A stretch of DNA of 55,561 bases from a virus (Duplodnaviria; Caudoviricetes), in the IMG/VR virus record IMGVR_UViG_3300030333_004442, positions 1 through 55,561 of that record. One strand, given 5' to 3'. Shown here one piece after another: positions 32,801 through 44,800 of this stretch (position 1 is the stretch's first letter; each line of letters starts with the position of its first letter). Both the position numbers and the translations under genes were made by a program. The notes beneath the pieces are model-generated. The model was not told where the DNA came from. It saw only the letters and a list, made by a program, of their open reading frames with translations, and searched no databases.

Positions 32801-35800
32801 GTATTCCCAGTATCATAGGGGCTGTAATCGTCGGTGCTGAAGCTGTCCTCGCTACAAGATGATTCAGAGGCGACACCCTCCCAAGGCTTCATTCCCAATT
32901 CAGTGATGGAGTTCGCAGCAAACCCGAAGCTGTTGCTGTCCGATGCTACCTCAGTGTGACTTAATTCCACTTGAGCCAAATCCAACCTCATCTTTGGCGG
33001 TCCAACATAAACAAGGCGAATTCGCCACGTCCCACTGTGTTGCCTTCCAACTCTGGGTGGTGCCATTGTATCGGGCTTGAACAACTCGGGCTTGTTCCAC
33101 AGATTATTCACATAGCTTGCGCCGTGGTCCTTGTAGGGGTCAAGGGTGTCGTCGGTGGTTGTGGGCGCGAGGTCATCTTTGGAAATACCAAATATCTCTG
33201 GGTAAACCGCTGGGAAAATACGAGCAACGGCGTCACCATTCCATTTGCGGTCGTGGTCCGTGCGGTCGCTCCATTTATATGAAATAAGTTGACCGGGGAT
33301 GGCAACAAAATGAATATCGGGACGTTCATGATTGATGTGGTAACACAGCTTCACGGCTATCTCTTCATTCATCTCATCAAGAGTGATTGGGTCGGCATTG
33401 GAGTACGGGGGGATGGACCACTGAGCATCGCTCTCGCCTGCGAAAGTCGATGAACCATCTTGATTAAAGCTGGGCATCCCGAAACCCTTTGGTGGTCTTT
33501 GGAAATCCACATTAACGTCCCAGTCCGAGCCGCCTATTTCCCTGTCTCTATCTCCGATGGTGACTGAATGTGAACGAATAGTGTAGTTGCCTGCCCACTC
33601 ATCATTGCCGTCTGGGTATTCGCTATCGTCGTTTTGCGCGGCAAACAACGCCTCTGGTTGCTTAAAAGTAATTTCGACACCTTCACAGTCCCATCCAGAA
33701 ATCTCAAGGTCAACATATTTAAAATCACCCTCGTCAATAGTGGAGCCCAGCGACTCCAAATTATCGCTCGACTTTGGCAGAACAGAGTCCAAAGACACCA
33801 AGCCCTCAAACGGAATTCTAATATCTGGCTCTGCACGAATAATGTATCCGTTGGCAGCATCAGCACAAGCCCCGCCTTCGCCCTGTTCGACACCTTCGGA
33901 CAAACATGCAAAAAACTTCGGCTGGGCTTTGTATAGCTTCTTTAGTTGATTTGCCTGCTGTTGGACAATATATTCCTCAGCTTCTGCGGCGTCGGCATCA
34001 CTTGTGAATTTTTCATACTCTGCAAGTAGACCTTCGTCGGGGCTGTATGGGTTGGCACGCGGACTGAACCAATTTGGAACAATAGACGAAAGCTGAACCT
34101 CTGGTCCTCTGTCGCCAAGGAGAGCATCCGTCAGCATCTTGGCGTGCCACGCCTCTGATGATAAACCGTGTATATCTTCGTTGTAAAATGGCAAAGTACA
34201 TTGTGAGTTGGGATAAACAGGCTCAAGCCCTGTGGCGTTTGTAAATGCTGGCCAATCTACTGCGATACCTGCTTTAATGGAATTGTAAAGAATACCCGGC
34301 GCGAAGAATGGTTGCATAGCTGCCTGCATTGCCTGTTCCTCAAGAAGAATGGTTGTATCAGCACCTGTGATGCTGGCTTTCATTTTCTGAGTAAACAATT
34401 CTGCAAGCTGAAGCGTTCTGTCCTGTGGGTAGAATCCACGGTACGGCATCAGCTTCTTGAGTGCGTTCACCTTGAAGCGAAGCCTGCGGCGAGCGGTGGG
34501 AGAAATCCCATCGTGGTCTTCCACAATCGCATCATAAAATTGAATTGTGTCTGTGTGGACATACGAATTGAAAAACTCATCATCCCAGTCCTCACACATC
34601 TCGCCAATGTTGATGGTCGGATGAACACCAAGACGGTGCCAGACAGCGAGTTTGCATGTCGAACACGATGCTTCAGTAGTCAACCCAATTTGCGTCTGCG
34701 AATAACTGATAGCTCCGGTGGCGGTTTTCACCGTTCCCTCTCTCATGTTTGAAACAGTAAGAACTCCCGTGGGGGCATTATTTCCCCACTCTTCTTGGGC
34801 AACACTGAGCTTGGTATAGCCACCAAGGACTTCACCATTCAAGTACCCTTCAAGCAGGTTTTTAGGTTGCGGGCGAATCCAATTAATATCAGCTTTGCTA
34901 AGAACACCAGCCCACATTGAAAATTCCATAAGCTCGCCATTAAAATACCAATACTCATCTTCCCTGCGCTTTGTTGCCAATATACGATTGTCTGTCACAT
35001 CAGCAAACACAGCCTTTCCAATCTTGTAATCGTAATTGTACATGAAGTTGTTATTGTCTGCGCTGAAATCGTTGCCACCCCAACCATATTCTTCACCCCA
35101 TGCAGCAGTCTTGCCTACGGGCACAACACTGTAAACCGTCTTTCTATAGGTGGTGTTTGTCAACGCAGAGCGGTGGATTCCATAAAGGACTTCCGAGTAA
35201 AGCTTGTTGGTCGTTTCGTCGCCATCTGGTCGGGTCTTGGAGTTTGTCAAAGTCATTTTAATTTTAGGTGGCTTGCTGCCAATCGCCGGAAGAATCTGTA
35301 AAACGACATTATTCCACTCACCCTCTGGTAAGGTCGCTGGAACCCACTTGTCGTTGTTATCGTCGCTATCACCTTGCGTATCCCGCCTGAAGAAGTGATA
35401 AATGTTCTTTTCATCCCAGTCAAAGCTTGGATGCTTGTCTATTGCATTTACGCCAAGCATGGTTTCGCGACGGTGGTCGTCGCCAGCTTGATTCATGAAG
35501 AATGTTAATCCCATGCCAAATGGATAATCGTCTCTAAGTTCTACTGGAGCAGGGAAGTTTGCGTACACGCCCCAAGCGCCCTCGGCAGAGTGAATATCTC
35601 TACGCCAGTTACCGGGTGACTTTTGGTTCTTCGGATTCACCTCAAAGTCAACCCTTTGACTTTCTTGGTTGAAGTGTGCGTTGATATATGAACCGAACAC
35701 ATAAAGCCCAACAGGAACATTGTCATAAACGGCTTGGTCAGTAGAACACCCCGTGACCTCTGGTTTAGCCCATACGGAAATTGTGATAGGCGTGCCCTTG

Positions 35801-38800
35801 GTATTGGTGGTGGCATCTGAAGCATACAACTCCAATCTGGCTTGGGAAGTCGCGCCGCTTTCAGAAGCTGCATCAGAAGGCACCCTGAGCGTATCATAGT
35901 GTCTTTTTTCCGTCATCTTCCCGAAAGGGCTAACTCCATATATGTTTGTATCATTCGCGCTCGTCGTTGTGTATTTATCCCATAAGGTTATTTGACCATG
36001 CATATACTCATCAGTTGCACCATTCATATTAAACTTCATGCACGCCAAAGCAGGGTCGGCTGTTGACTTGTCGTTGGAAAATGGTGTTATTGATTTCCAC
36101 TCGGAGAAGCTGTTTGCTTCTCTGTAGACAGGGGGCAAATCAGGGTTGCCAGTCCCGCTGGTGGTGGCGGTCAAATCGGGGTCATCATAACCAAAAATGC
36201 CGTCAGCGTCGGAGTCACCACCCTTATAGGAAGTGGTCGCGCCATCCTCGACCTCCGTCAACAACTCTTCTCCCGCAGCGAACCAACTGTGACGACCCGT
36301 TCCGTCGTCGGCTGTGCCTTGACCCCACGATACGCGACCGTCCCAAGGAGAGGACGGAAGAATCTGAGCATAGCCGCCTTCTCCCATTACTGGAATCAGC
36401 GTTGCATTGCAGTTTTCGATAGACATGTTACCACCAACATAAATCGGATTCTGGAACACATAATCAGTATATGCGCTTGGAGAATTAAAAGTCCCGCGAC
36501 CTTCGCTATTTGAAAACGCATTGTTCATTGTTTTAATTCTATTTTGTAGATATTCAAATCCGGTCGTGGGGTCATCAGAATCTACACTGAGGTCTTGCCA
36601 GCCAGAATACATCTCATCAGAGTGGGGGAACTCGCTAACTACATTCTCATATGTGCCATCAGGCGAATAAACCTTCTCACTGGGATATGTGACCTTGCCA
36701 CTCCACGCAGTTTCGTGCGTAGCATAGTGTGGCGCAACAGTGTTGTAACTGGCACCGTGTAGTGAAAGAAAGTTAAAATTCTTGGTGCGGAAATCGCCGC
36801 CATCAATCATTAAATACTTGTCCATATGTTCCGAGACACGGAACTCGGCAACGACACCATAGTTTTGTGCCATGCAGCGTGTCTCCAAGCTGAAATCAAT
36901 ATATTTGTCATACCAAGGATTCTTACCAGCCATCTCGTTGGTCTTGTAGCGCCAAGCGCCTTCTCGCTTTTCTTCTCCATGAGGATTGTAATACAGTTGC
37001 ACAACCACTTCCGGCGAAATGCATCTAGGGGATATTTCGGCGCGGGTTGCCGTTTCGATATTCACAGTGTGGTCGCTGACCACAATATCGTCGTACCCAC
37101 CACCTCCGTCGAGCGTAGCATCTGCGCCCATTTTAGGCTCGCCACCATAGAAGCCAACCTTCGTGCCGCCAACCACTTCAGACCTATAGCCATCAAAAGT
37201 CAAGCCAATTACTTCCGCATACTTTTGTGACGAATTGCTGTTCCTGTTATAATGTACCTCTGCTTTAGGACCGCCGCCACCGGTAGCCATCATATCGGGT
37301 ATCTGTAGATATTCTCTTATGCTGCCTGTAAAGCCCATGCCGATGCCACCATCAAAGTGGCTTTGTAGCGAGTAATCAAACTTCCCCAGCGCAGCTTGTA
37401 TTAGATTCGTACCGAGCTTGTCCTCAAGGTTTGAAACATCAAGATTGGCATAATTTACATAATCGGTTTGTGGCGTGAATTCACAGCTTCGATTTATAAT
37501 CCACGACATATAAGTTGGCCAACCAACATACTGAAGGTCACCTTTACATGTCCACTCCGCAGTCGCACCGGTCGCGTCCTCTCTGTCGTACACAAAGTTA
37601 TCCATTGCAAAAATACTGCGGGATTGGTTCCAGCTATCCAAAGAGGTTCCATCCTCTTCAAGCAAATAACTTGGCTTGTAAGCTGAAGTGTAGCCAATGG
37701 CGTTAACGGTTGTTGATATCGGTCCTTTAATTCTTTCAAAAACATTGTTCTTCCAGAAAATTCTCAATTGACCTGTCGGTATAGAAGAAATATCTTCTGC
37801 CGCAACATCATCCCATGAGGCGCGTGCCCTAGTTTTAAGGAGTCCAACATTTCTATTCTTCGGAAAAATATATTCTTTGTAGAAGAGCCCCACGAAATCC
37901 AGTTCAGGCTGGGTGGCGTTGAATGGTGAATATTTATCAAACAAAACATCGTAATTTTGAGATGTATCTTTTATATCGAACCCCGTCTTGTAGGACAGCT
38001 TGGGGTTCGCAAATGTCTTTAAGTTATTGCTATAGCTATGAACGGCAGTGACACCAATGTTATCAGTCTTCTCTGAAAGCATGTGCTGCATTGGCATGTT
38101 CCAAGTTGCTGCCGGTTCAATATATTTGGTATGATTGTCTGAGCGTCTGTCGTTATATCTCCAAGAACGCACCTTCTCATCGGCACCACCTTGGAAATAA
38201 ACGGTGATTTTTTTATTACCGCTATCATCCGCTATCACCAAGCCGGTCGAGGAAGCCTCAATCGGGAGTGAATGGTCGTTCGCCGTCGTCTTGATGGACG
38301 CGGCTTCTGTGAAGTAAAGGGCAGAAGAATCTGTCAGATTCCCGCTACTGGTCGCAACATCGGCAGCGGGCAAAGTTACTACAATTGAATTAAGGTTGAC
38401 AAGAGCGCCGGTTTCAACTGTTTCGATGACAACAATGTTCGACCCCTCGGTGGAGGACGCTGAAATCTTCGATGTGCCATCAATTTTGCCCAGAACATTA
38501 TAGACTTCATCAAGCTCATTAATCTTGCCTGCAATATAGTTGGCTATCGCTTGCACCGCACCATCTCCCGAGAACTGAGCAACGGGCACGGTCACCGTCC
38601 ATTCCGCAGCAGTGTCTGTCTCTTCAATCAAGGGGTCCGCTGTAATTGTGAAATCTGCTGATGGGACCGAGTTAACATAAATCTTTATCGCACCGTTAAT
38701 AGCTTCCTTCTTGTTTTCATACAGCTTGTTGCTGTCGGGGGTGTTTTGGATAGTGATGACATTTCGCTGCCTTTGTTGTCTGACAATCGGACTGTATCCA

Positions 38801-41800
38801 TTTTGAAGCATCTTCCAGCTTGCACCCTGATATGGACCATTGCGATTCAACAGCAGGGCGTTTAGTGTAGCATTGCCCGCCGCTGGCTTCTGTGTGCCCG
38901 TTCCATATTCAGCGAGTGGTCGATTTAATTCACAAGATGGGCATGAGGCTCCAATAAGATTGTTGGTCCAATCCACTGGGTCCACAACAATATAATTTCC
39001 ATAAACAAAGTCAACATCAACATTGACTGTGGTTGAGGTGCCGCCGCTGTTATATGTGATGCCGAGGGAGCCAGAAGTGAGTAGCCCCGGTGACGAAACT
39101 TCCTGACCAGCACCGGCACCGGTCAAAATCCAGTCAAGGCTTCCGCTAACTCCAATGGTCGCATTAGGATAGTCTGTAATATATCCAGACAACCTTGGGT
39201 GAAAAATTAATTTATCTGTCGAATCGCCGTCGCCGTCATTATTCCAAGGAAAAACTGTGGGAGTATAAGCAGCGCGTTCTTCATCGTCGTACTCCTGTAG
39301 CGCAGGTTGACCAGAAATATTAAAATGTACAGCAGACGAAGTAATCCAATGGTATTGCCAATCACTCTGTGGAATCTGGTGGCTAATATAAAAGTTGTCA
39401 TAGCGCCGTCTGGTTTCAACCTGCGTCGGGGAATGGAGATACATTCTTGTCAAAGGATTGCGATTGTTCTTGTGCCATGCGCCGACATTGGCAGTATTGC
39501 CGCCGAAGTCATTAGAGACGCCACCGATTGCATCTGACTCAGTTCCATGAATATAATCTTCTCTATATCCAAACTGCGCTGTGTGTTCCTTGTGCCAGAA
39601 ATTAAGATGATTTCTAACGCGAAGGTTTCTGTAATTCAACGAGTTGTATGCAGAGAATTCCTCAGCTTGAATATCAAGCGCACCTCTTGAAAGAGTTGCC
39701 GGTTCGCCGGGAGCGGAAAATCTTTCCACAAAAACATGCTCGGTTCTTCCGAAAGATTCATCTGCACTGTTCTTCGTCCTATCTGGTAGAGAGAAGTCAT
39801 ACAATCCAGTAATATAAGTTGACACAATGCTGTCTGGTGTGTATTCGGGATTCCTGACGTGCCATCGGTTATTCTGAGAGCGACCAGAGGTCTGAACCAC
39901 TTCGTAATCTCTCGTATAGTTTCCAAGCTTGGGTGTGCCGGTGTAAGTCGTATAGTTGTCTTCATTGACAGCAGTATTGATGTTTGCAATATTGAATGCT
40001 CGTTTCGCTGTGCCGTCGCGTGTCCAGCGTGCTGCTGGATGGTCGGTGTTAACATCGTGTGGGTGCTTGATTGTGTTACCGCCCGTGACCTTATAAAGTT
40101 CCGCACGGGTTGCCTCGGCATTGAGTGCGCCATCAAGGAATTTATTTAAATCAATATGCCTATGCTGGTTTCCACCTACCCACTCGGATGCGAACACACC
40201 CTGCATGGGAACTTCGTGGTCCTGACCATAAGAATCATGGTGGACGTTTCGCCAAGTAGGGCTTGCATCATTTGGGTATGCTCCGTATCGAGGGTGTGTA
40301 ATCAAAGAGCCCTTGAGCGGAGTAGTGGTACTTAAAACGGTATCAGCAAGAGTCACGATATGTGCCCGCCGCTTCTCACCTATGGGACCGTCTTGAATAG
40401 TGTATTCGTCTTGACAAATCGGGGCATCATCTTGCAGAGAAGTGATTTGAATATTGTGACCCATGCGCGTCGATGAGCGCATCATGTCATTCGGACTGGC
40501 TGGTGTTGCGTTAGCAAAGTTAGGTCCACCAGCGATTATCGGTGACTGGTCCAAGTTAAGTTTGTAGGGTCTTGACAAGCGGCGAGTCGCATAGGTGCTG
40601 CCCTCGTAATGCTTGGCAGTCTTGATATCATAAAGGGTCGGCTCGCCTTGTTCGACAAACCCGCCCGTACTAACCTCGACCATCTTGTTTTGACCAAGAA
40701 CATCACGGACTTTTGATTTGCGAATCGTTTCTCTTTCGATATCAACTGCTGTTGCTGGTAAGAAACCAAGGTCAGTGCGAATTGCACGCTCGTTCCACCA
40801 CAAACAATGGTCGGGGGAGTCGGAGCCTATACCGCCTGTAAAGTCAGTTGCCGTGACAGTCGTAACACCAGACATGTCAATGGCAGTGTTACCAGAAGCA
40901 CTAAGACCATGTTGTGTAAGGGTCATAGCACCGCCACTAGTTTCGGTGGCAGTCATGGCAAGGTCAGATGCATTGATGGCTGCTCTAATTCTATCTCCCA
41001 CGGATGCGGCGTGACCAGACGCACCACTAACCCCAATGATAACATTGTCGCCATCCTTGGTGCCATCTACAGTGGTGACGCCAGTTTTAAAAACAAAAGT
41101 GACAGCCAGCCCAGCGGCATCTGTAAGGGTAAAAGTTTCATTGTTGCTCGGATTGCCCGTGGTCGTAATTGTTCCAGTAGCTTTTGTCATACTGGTGATG
41201 GGGGCGTGTCCATGCTCCCAATCATATGTCATCTCCCGAATACCACGCAAGGTTGCTGCTGGCGGGTCTTGTTTCATTTCAAGAGTAGGAAACTTCGTCC
41301 AATACTTGCTGCGCTCAAGAAGGTGATTCTCGACCATATTACGCATTGATTCAGAGAAGTTTCCAGATGCAGGAATCAATTGTTGCATCATCAGCCCGAC
41401 AGACGAATCAAGCCACTTATAGAAAGCTACGAATTTCTCAAACGAGGGAACATTCTCCACTCGCTCATAGAACAGGCTTCTAAATTTTTGTAACGTCTTG
41501 TATTCCATGCGATAACGATGGACAGGCTGACCTATCAAATCATTAAACTCAAGAACACTTGCAAAGAGAGTAAGCATCTCTTGCGAGATGACCTGATACA
41601 TACTCTTCTCAATCGCCCAGAAATGATTAATTGGCTTGGCGTTCTTGCCAAACGTATCATCATCTTGAGTGCGAATCTCAACCATATCGTCACCGCTCAA
41701 CACCTCTGGCAAACGATGGATTGCTGAATATGTATACTCTCTGTTAATGACATTTGTGTCGTTAGCACAGGATGCAGCGTCAAACGATGCAACGCCAGTG

Positions 41801-44800
41801 TGACGATAGCCAATAAGATTAGTGAACCATCCATAACGCGCTTCGGTAATGTATGAAGCGCCGCCGCCAGAAACATCATCAATAGTAAACAAACCAGAAG
41901 CGTCGGACTGGGTATTGTTAGAGAAGTCCCAATGAAGCGCCAAAGTATCCTTCCTTGGTACGCGAATATCAGAGACTGTCCCGTCGCTCAACTCTGAAAA
42001 GAAAGCGTATGCATCGTCATTAGGATACAGCCGTCCAGTATTGGTAACATCGGTTGAGTGAATTTTAATTTCCTGAGACTCTAACTTGTCGAACCAATAC
42101 ATCAAGTCTGTAACCTTAACGTCTGAGTATAGGGTGCCCGCATTTACAGCAAAATTATCACGGTAATGACCAATGTAGAATATCTTCGGTGTTGCAATCA
42201 TTGCGCGAGCTTTCGCAACCGCAGTAGCTCCATTATAAAATGCGTTCAGCTTGAACTCATTTAGCACTTCACCAAGCTGCAACTGGACGCCATAGAAATC
42301 TATACTATATTTTGATGCAGTAGCGCCCGTAACATAATCACCGAGTGCGGCGTCAGTCGGAACAATTCTGACCGCGAAATTCCAAGTTGAGTTGTCCCAC
42401 ACATCTTTGTACTCGTCAGAAATTATTTCATGGTCACCGTCCGCGTCGGTATAAATTAATTTGAACCTTGCCGAAGTAACATCTCGCGTCGAAGAACTAT
42501 ATTCGTTCGCGCCCATAATCGCTTGAATCTGCATCCGACCAATTTGATTTGTGCCTGTTTGGTCATAAAGCTCATACGCACCTGTAAAGTTAGTTGCCGT
42601 GACAGTTGTGACGCCAGACATATCAACAGCGGTGTGTCCGGCAGTACCGAAGCCATCTTGCGTAAGCCTCACCACCCCACCAGACACTTCAGTTGCGGTC
42701 ATCGCAACGTCAGATGCGTTGATGGCAGCGATTATCCTCTCTCCCACAGCCGCAGCGGAGCCTGCTGCGCCACTGGTTCCAATGATTACGTTATCCCCGT
42801 CCTTGGTGCCGTCTGCGGTGGCGACACCAGTTTTGAAAACAAACGTGACAGCTAACCCAGCAGCATCTGTAAGGACAAATGTTTCATCATTTGAAGGGTT
42901 GCCTGTGGTGGTAATTGTTGCAGTAGCACAAACATGGTTTGCCTCCTTGCAACCAAAGAGAGAGATTGTATTAAACCCTTTATGATAAAATGATGGATGG
43001 TCTGTGTCAAGCTGGAGCGGAAAAATAACTTGGGCAGTCATAGTTGTTGATAACAATTTTGCTTGGTCGGTCGTAACGCCAGCCACATAGCCGCGCTCAT
43101 CTGAACTTGAAGCATATACATCTTTAGAAAATGCTACACCGTCCTTACGGTCAACATGATTAAAATCAATATAATTTTTCTTGACCGATGAGTTAGTGCG
43201 TCTGCCGTCCAGAGTATAGTCTACCCCGTCAGCATAAAGATTAAGCTTGACAAGCTCATCATCAACCCCGAAACAACGGATTAAATTTCGGAATGATTTC
43301 TCTGTTCCCTTTGTCTTATAAATGTATGAAATGTTGTTATAGATGTTTTGATAGATTACGTTTTTAATATCTTGAATCCGATTCTCAAACATATCTTGTT
43401 CGCCGCGTGACACAATTTCTTCAAGCGATGATGCCTCGCTAAAAATATCAACCACATCGAAGCCGACCGAACGGAGCAACTGTTTTGCAAAAAAGACAGG
43501 TTTTGTCTGTGAATCACCAAGGTCAAAATATTTTGAGTCACGAATCTCTCCAAGCATATCAATTTGACTATGGATGGTGTCAAGATAACTTGCCAAAGTC
43601 TGAACAAGAGTTTTGATGACCATGCTGTCATTGTCTTCTTCCAAAATCCACCCCGGCATCGTATGATAAAAGGATGCGTTATTTTGGTTATCCCACATCG
43701 AACCAGACAACATCAAATTTGTTTTAAGGGTTTCAATTTCAGTATGAGTCGCATACATGGTGGGGTCTTTAGGTTCAGTGACGCCCATCTCAATAACCTT
43801 TGTGGACTCATCCATTGCTGATGTTGTTACTCGGACGGCAGTAGAGTAGTTACTGATTGTTCCATTAGAAATCCGACCAGAATAATCTAAGCACTGTGCA
43901 TCTGTTGTAGTCGGCGTGGTGTCGTCGTAAACCCCCTCGTTAAACTTAAAATAAACCCCCAAGTCAACATTAATGCCAGCGTCTTTGTCGTACTTTGTAT
44001 TGTCAGTGTTTGTACCACCAAAGCAGGGAGTGAACCAATAGCGCCCAATCTCTTTTGCGTTCCGAGTCTTTTTCCAATATCTAAACTCGTCCAGATACAA
44101 GCCTTTTGCACCGCCATCGCCGTCAGTAAGAGCAGCAGGACTGCTATTCAAAGGCTTCGTTCTCAAAGCGTTGATGTTGGCTACGAACCCCTCTTGTGAA
44201 ATAGTTGAGGTAATCTTATTACCTGCTGTAACAGTTGTAGAATATGTACCATCAATAAAGAGGTCAATTTTAATTCCCGAATCTGTATTGGAAACGGCAA
44301 AGGCATAGTGATGCCAGTTCTGCATCCACGTTGCACCACTCGTTGCACCCATCGTATCCAAGGTTGCAGTTGGAATCGTTAGCCCAGCCTCTTCGACGCC
44401 CTCTGCGGCATTACCGTATTTGTATGTAACATGGAAGTGCGTGCCAGCAGACGACGGTGCGCCGGGTACTGAGATTGTAAATCGGGTGTAATTTGCGGCA
44501 GTGTGTGCTGCGCCGTTCCACAAGTCAAACAAACACACCGATTGATTAGTCGCAAGGAGCGCGTCTCTTTTAGCCCAAAACTCAATCGTGTTTCCGTAGG
44601 ATGGGTTGATGCCAAGATTTGATTCTCGGAACATTTCATCGTCCCAAATATTAGCTCGACCACCTTTAGGCGGGAACTGCTTGCTCAACTCATACTCATC
44701 ATCTTCCTGAACATCTGGGTCTTTGTGAGGACCACCTTTAATAGTGATGTGCTGGCCAGTATTGGCAGCATAACGATACCAAACCCCACTTCCCGTGTCT

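Noticed and set aside
40834-42927. 348-nt duplicated segments considered as a DGR TR/VR pair, inteins or IS elements
   Set aside because: Both copies are coding, and differences are largely synonymous and not adenine-restricted. There are no intein C-terminal HN-C/S/T motifs, terminal inverted repeats or transposase.
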